A DNA stretch of 64,000 nucleotides from Antechinus flavipes (Eukaryota), in assembly GCF_016432865.1 (NCBI RefSeq), contig NC_067403.1, positions 256,122,001 to 256,186,000 of the forward strand, given 5' to 3'. Positions 58,376 to 64,000 of this stretch are shown here, in pieces (the stretch's first letter is position 1; each line of letters starts with the position of its first letter). The position numbers and the translations under genes were made by a program. The notes beneath the pieces were generated by a model that saw only the letters and a program-made list of their open reading frames with translations, was not told the DNA's origin and did not search any database.

Positions 58376-59339
58376 CCAGGCCTGACCCTGATGGGACTGA
58401 CCGAGTGCTCAGGGGGCCCAGAGGCCGGCCTCCACCTCGACCTCGCCAAACCGATGGGCTGGTCCCGTTCAGAGCGCTCTGGAGCCAGGGGGCGGGGCCC
58501 TCTCTGCTGGGGGCCGGGACTCGGGACTCAGGGGCCTGGCACCGGGGGCTGGAGCCGGGCCGGGCCAGGGAGGGAGAGATGCTAGCCCTCCACCGTGGCC
58601 TCCCAGGGCCCTGGAGCTTGGGCCGAAGCTCGCAAAGAATGGGGGGGGGGAATCTTTTTTTTCCTTTTTTTTTTCTGCTTCTGAGACACCAGAATTAATA
58701 ACACTATTTTTGATTTTGGTTGGAGTTTTCTTTGGTCATTTTGTGGGGTGAGGCAGAGGGACGGCAGCGGGTGGCCGCCGGGCTGCTGGGCAGCGGGCAG
58801 CGGGAGCTGGGCTCTCCCCGACATGGGCCGTCCCACCACTGATGTAGGTTGCGGCCTGTCTGTAGAACTTTGCCCCCCTGTTCCTTGGGATCATTTCGAA
58901 GGTGCCAGGGTGTGCCCCTCCCCCTTCTCATGGATGCAGAAGGCTCTTGTAGAAATCTGTGCTTCATGTCAGCATTCATTCAGCACCTGTTGTGTGCCAG
59001 TCCCCTGTGTGATGCCCCAAACAACCTGGGAGCAGCCAAGTTCAAGGAAGGGAAGGGCAGGGTCCGGAGGGCCAGCCCCAGCAGGGACGCAGTGAAGTAG
59101 GGAGGGGTCCGGGGCAGGAGGTGCGGCGCCTCAGGTGTCAATAGACTGAACCACTGAGGCTGAGGGGGGGCACTGGGGACCCCCCAGGAAGGAATGCCCA
59201 CACCCCGAGGGCAACGGGCCGCAGGGTGCTCAGGGCAGAGCCCTTCCCAGTAGGCCGCACTGCCCAGAGTCTGGCCCGGGGACCCCCTTGGAGCCCCCCC
59301 CCCCCATTAGGAGCTGCCCCCAGGCTCTGGCCTTGGCCT

Positions 59340-59620
59340 TGAGCAGGAATCGGGCCGGCGCCGCCCCCTCCGGCCGCTCGGCTCCTCCCTCCTTCCCAGG
59401 GCGGGAGATGGGGGAGGAGGCGTCCGGGCTCCGCCCCGGGGCGGAGCCAAAGGCGCCGGGCTGGGAGCGGCGCGCGGGCAGCTCGGCCGGCACTCAGTGG
59501 CGGGGCGCAAGGGGGACCCCGAGGAGGTACAGCTGGGGCGCCCCGGGAGCGGACCGTGAGGGCGGGGGAAGGGCCGAGGCCGTGAGGGGGACCCCGGCCC
59601 TGAGCGCGGACAGCCTGTCC
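59340..59620 (+). promoter_or_regulatory. Probable SIPA1 CpG-island promoter and non-coding first exon
   Basis: CpG-dense, paired GC boxes ctccgccccggggcggag; candidate donors gag|gtacag (59527) and acc|gtgagg (59556); about 2.4 kb upstream of the coding exon. Confidence 0.5.
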
Positions 59621-61991
59621 CGGGGCACACGGGGGTGAGTAGCCCCGAGGACACGGTAGGCGCGGACCGGGAGATGTGTAGCGGGGGAGGGGGAGAGTTT
59701 CCTTACCGCCCCCCTGCACGTGCCCTTCCTGACGCCCCCCGGGCGCCACTTTTCACTTCTGTTGCCCCCTCCCCCCTGCTACTTTGCCGTCCCCGCCCCC
59801 GCGCGTGCTGCCCCTCTGCGGCCCCCCGCCCCCCGTGTCTGCTGCCCCCCCTGACCCCCCCCATGCTCCCCCGCCGCTTCTCCCGGCCCCTCTGCTGCCC
59901 GGCTGCTGCTCCCGCCTGTCTGCCGGCTCCGCTGCCCTTGCTGCCTCTGCTGCTCCCTACTGCCCCCTGCTGCTCCCTGGTGCCGCTGATGTGCTCCTGC
60001 TGCCCCTCAGCGTCCGCCCCCTGCTCCTGCTGTCACCTTGTTACCCCCTGCCCTCGCTGCCCCTCCCCCCTCGCTGCTCCCCCGCTGCCCCTTCACCAGT
60101 GTCTGCAGGGCCCACAAGGTCTCCCAAGCTGGGGTCCCCGCGCCCGGGGTGGGGGTGGCAGCAGCTGGGGCTGGTCCAGGGCCTGTCCGGGCCCTTTGCT
60201 CTCCCCGTTTCCTCCATCCCCTCTGTGCTCTCCAGCCCAGCCCCCACAGGACCCGCCTAGCCCAGCTTGGGGAGGAAACATCTGTCCAACCCGCTGGCAG
60301 CTGGAACCAGGGTCATGACCTCCAGCTGTGGAGCTGAGAAGGGTCCAGCTCCTTCTCCAGGGGCCGAGGCTGGAGGGACTTCCGGCCCCGGGGGGCGTTT
60401 GGGGGATGTGCTCCTTGGCTTGGCCAGGGTGGGGGCCGGCGGTTGGAGCCCCGGGCCCCGGCCTCCGTCGGCCCCCCCTCGGTGACACAGGCCGCATGGA
60501 ATGTCCCCTGGCCTCAATGGCCCCTGTGTGGGGCGGGGGGCTGGGACAGACGGGCCCATTGAGCCCTGGGAAGGCTCGGGCCGCGGTGGCCGTAGGGGGG
60601 GCGGCAGCACGTGGGCCGCGGTGGGGGGGGCAGTCAGGGCCCTGCGCACAGGCAGATCTGGGGGCTCCCCGCTGTCCCGGCCCATGGGCCCACGAGTCCC
60701 CAGCAAGCTCATCCTGTGACTGGGGAGAGGCCCCCCCCCCAGCCTCACATCTGGGGCCTCTCGCCCCGGTTCCCAGGCGGTGACAGCGAGGAGGGAGGAG
60801 GGGGACACAACGGTCTGTGCCCTGCGCCTGTGGTTCGGTGACCCCAGCACCTTCCTGAGGATGTGGTGGGGGGCAGGAGGAGCAGTCGGGGACCCGGAGC
60901 CGGGGCCACTTCCTGTCTCACAGGAAGGCAGTGCTCGCGGACCGGCCGCGCCGTGCTGGGGACCCCGGCCCCTCCTGGCCCAGGTAGCAGGGCCCGCCCG
61001 GGGCTGGGGTTGGGGAAGAAGGCCGCCAGGGCCCGGCCCCCACATCCCAGGAGGCCTAGGAGGCCCTTGTTTGCCCTCGGGCCCGTCCCCAGCCTTTAGG
61101 GGGTCCGCTCCTGCCCCGACTCCAGGCCTGCTTGAGGCCGGAGAGGAAAAGGGAGGGGCCCAGAGGAAAGGCCCCGGGGGACAGGACGTCCTCCTTTTGT
61201 CAGGGCCCGGGGTGGGAGCCAGGCCTCCAGGCTGGCTCTCCCTGCACCCCGCCATCGCCCGCCGGCAGCACCCCCTCCTCAGAGGGGCCTCGCGCCGGGG
61301 GTCCCAGATGCTGAGCTTGGGCGGCTCCTGGGGGGGGGTCGGCCTCGTGGTCGCTGGCTTGCAGCATCCTAGGCTTAGGGCTAGAGGGGTCTGACCCCCT
61401 TGGCTGCAGGGGAGAAACTGAGGTCCCGGGAGGCTAAGCCAACTGCCCGAAACGGCGCAGGTGGTGGGCGGGCCGGAGCCCCGACAGGACTGGGGTCCCT
61501 GCAGACCCCCGACCCCACCCCCCACGAGGTTCAGCAGGGGCCCCCAGACAGACCAGGACCCCCCCCTTCCCCCAGGGAGGAAATGCAGGGAAAGAGGAAG
61601 TGGCTTTGATGAGCCTGGGGCCCTGGGGGAGGGGGACCGGAAGCAGACCCTGTCATGGGGGAGGGGAGCAAGGCCGCAGACTCGATTTGGGGGAAGTGAG
61701 GGATGGGTTCCTGTTTTCTCACGGCGCTGCCCCGGCTGTCCCCCTCCTCAGACACATGAGCCTCCCCCTCTGAGGGGCCCGGACCCTGGAGGACGGAAGG
61801 ACCCGCGTCCCGCCGCTGCGCCCTGCCCTCGTCCGCGGGGTCCCCAAGGAAAAGCAGCAAGTCTGGGCCCCCATGCGAGGAGTCCCGAGGCCCCTCCGTG
61901 GGAGCCGCCCAGGACCTGCGAGCGGTGGCCGGTAGAAGGGGCAGGCGGGTCGCCGGGCCGGAGCCCTGCCCCAGGCCAATGAGGCCGGCAC

Positions 61992-63876
61992 ATGTGGCCA
62001 GGCAGACCCGAGAGCCCCTGGAGGGGCGGGCCCCCCGCCATGCAGTCCGACGACCTCTTTGTCCGCAGGCTTCGCCAGCCCGCCAGGCCGGCCCTGACCC
62101 CTCACACCTTTGAGCCCAGGGTGTCCCCTGGGCCCGGGGCTCCCCTGCTGCGGAGTGGCAGCGATGCGGGGGAGGCGCGGCCCCCCCCCACGGCGAGCCC
62201 CCGCGCCCGAGCCCACAGCAACGAGGAGGGGGGCCGCGGGGCCACCCCCGCCCGGCTCTTCGCCGACCCTCTGGCCTTGCTGGGCCTGCCGCCCGAGGGA
62301 GAGCCGCCCCCCGAGTTCCCGGCGGCCCCGGAGCCCCGCTGGTTCGCGCACTATGATGTCCAGAGCCTCCTCTTTGACTGGGGAGCCGGGGCCAGGGAGC
62401 CCCCCGACACCCCTCCCACTCCCAGCCCCGCTCAGGCCTCGGGCTCGGACCTGCTCCTGGGGGCTCCGGGCTTCCTGAGCGAGGTGGGGGGGGAGGGCGA
62501 GCTGGGCCTGGGCGGCTTGTTGCCCCCGGCGCTGCCCCCCACGCTGCCCAACGCGGCCATCTCCATCCTGGAGGAGCCCCAGACTCGCTCTGAGCCGCAC
62601 AGCTTGGAGCACACCGACGCGGGGGCCGGCTACTACCGCAAGTACTTCTATGGCAAAGGTGAGGGGCCGGGGGTGGAGGCGGGGAGGGCGTGGGGACATT
62701 GTCTGATGTCTGAGTGGGGGGGCCCTGCGGAGGAGGAGGCTGGGGGGGGGCGTCGGAGCCGGGACCCAGTATTAGAATGTAGGATGTCCGAGCTGGGACA
62801 GACTCTAGAACACAGAACGTGGAACGTCAGGGGGAGGGGCCTTAGAACAGGGAATGTCAGACTAGGAAGAACTTAGAACCTGCACCCCACTTCCTAATCC
62901 GACAAGTGGGAAAACGGAGGCTCCCAGAGAAGGAGGCGGCCGGCCCGGTGAGTTCACAGCAGAGCTGAGAGACTAGAACTCAGGACTCTGGGCTCCTTTT
63001 CTACTGCCCCGGAATCGGGGAAGAGGGAAGGGGCCCTGCGGAGTGAGCCTGTGCCCTGTGGCTGTGGGAATAATCCCCCTGCCTCCCTCCCCGGCCCCCC
63101 CGCTCCCCCTGCCCCCCGCCCCGGCCTCCAGAGCACCAGAACTTCTTTGGGATCGACGAGAACCTGGGCCCGGTGGCCGTGAGCATCCGGCGGGAGGAGA
63201 AGGAGGGCGGCGGCTCGGCCAGCCCCCAGCACAGCTACCGCCTCATCATCAGGACCACTCAGGTGGGGGCCGGGAGATGGAGGCCGGGGGGGCGCCGGCC
63301 CCGCGGGTGCCGGCCCTAAGGGGTTGCCCTCGTCCTCAGCTGCGGACCCTCCGAGGCTCCATCTCCGAAGAGGTCCTGCCCCCCGGCCCTCCCCGAGGCC
63401 TGTCCCCCAAAAAGCTCCTGGAGCACGTGGCCCCCCGGCTGAACCCCGCCTGCCTGCGCCTGGGCTCGGCCTCCCCCAAGGTGCCTCGCACCCTCCTCAC
63501 CCTGGACGAGCAGGAGGTGAGTAGGGGCTCCCCTCCCAGGGCTTCCCTTGGGCCCCTGCGCCACCTCTCGGTGCCCGGGGGCGAGACGGCAGCCAGAGCC
63601 CCCGGGGCAGTGGGCAGAGCCCTGGGCATCGTCCGGCTTTGCCGCTTCTGGACGGGGGGGGGAGGGGGGGGCTCCCGTGACCCTCCCCTCCCCTCCCCCA
63701 GCTAAGCCTCCAGCGCAAGGTGGGCGTCCTCTACTGCCGGGCGGGCCAGGCCTCCGAGGAGGAAATGTACAACAACGAGGAGGCCGGGCCGGCCTTCACC
63801 CAGTTCCTGCAGCTCCTGGGGGAGGTGGTGAGGCTCAAAGGCTTCGAGCATTACCGAGCCCAGCTGGACATCAAGA
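61992..63876 (+). CDS. SIPA1: Signal-induced proliferation-associated 1 (Rap GAP), 3'-partial
   Basis: Exons 61992-62658 (MWPG...[14 protein letters not shown]...[15 protein letters not shown]...YYRKYFYGK), 63132-63262 ([18 protein letters not shown]), 63340-63516, 63702-63876 ([27 protein letters not shown]; start of the RapGAP domain). Continues beyond the window. Confidence 0.95.
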
Positions 63877-64000
63877 GTGAGTGCGGGGGAGGGGGCTGCA
63901 GGCCCGAGAGCCCGTCCCGCCGGGACCCTCCGGCTCCAAGTGCAGGGACTCCCCGGCCTGGAAGTTCTCTGGGCTCTGGGGCAAATAGTGACAATTGTAT

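Noticed and set aside
59635-60318. Cys/Pro/Leu-rich 227-aa ORF upstream of SIPA1
   Set aside because: It comes from a C-rich (CTG/CCC) low-complexity intronic tract; no metallothionein or keratin-associated periodicity that I can support.

Overview
Very GC-rich eukaryotic genomic DNA with spliced genes. It matches the mammalian synteny block EHBP1L1(+, exon 1 lies upstream of the window) - KCNK7(-) - MAP3K11(-) - PCNX3(+) - SIPA1(+, runs off the end), i.e. human 11q13.1. The SINE heads, MIR/L2 remnants and L1 3' tails look marsupial, most like a dasyuromorph; this is inferred from remembered repeat consensus sequences, not from a search. I rebuilt all five gene models exon by exon from GT-AG boundaries and phase continuity. 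Nearly all long ORFs in the supplied track are GC-rich shadow frames. I found no new multi-gene system, CRISPR array or RNA gene. Best second-look items: (1) a U12-type minor-spliceosome intron in PCNX3; (2) a KCNK7 that looks more TWIK-1-like than human KCNK7 (GYG/GLG filters); (3) two -1 homopolymer frameshifts in PCNX3, probably assembly errors; (4) a 36-nt EHBP1L1 microexon; (5) an in-frame, stop-free PCNX3 intron; (6) a four-copy CCAAT/octamer-like module in MAP3K11 intron 5; (7) a strong CTCF site; (8) a nested L1-in-L1 insertion with a target-site duplication; (9) a single EHBP1L1 exon with sharply lower GC3. There are four N gaps.
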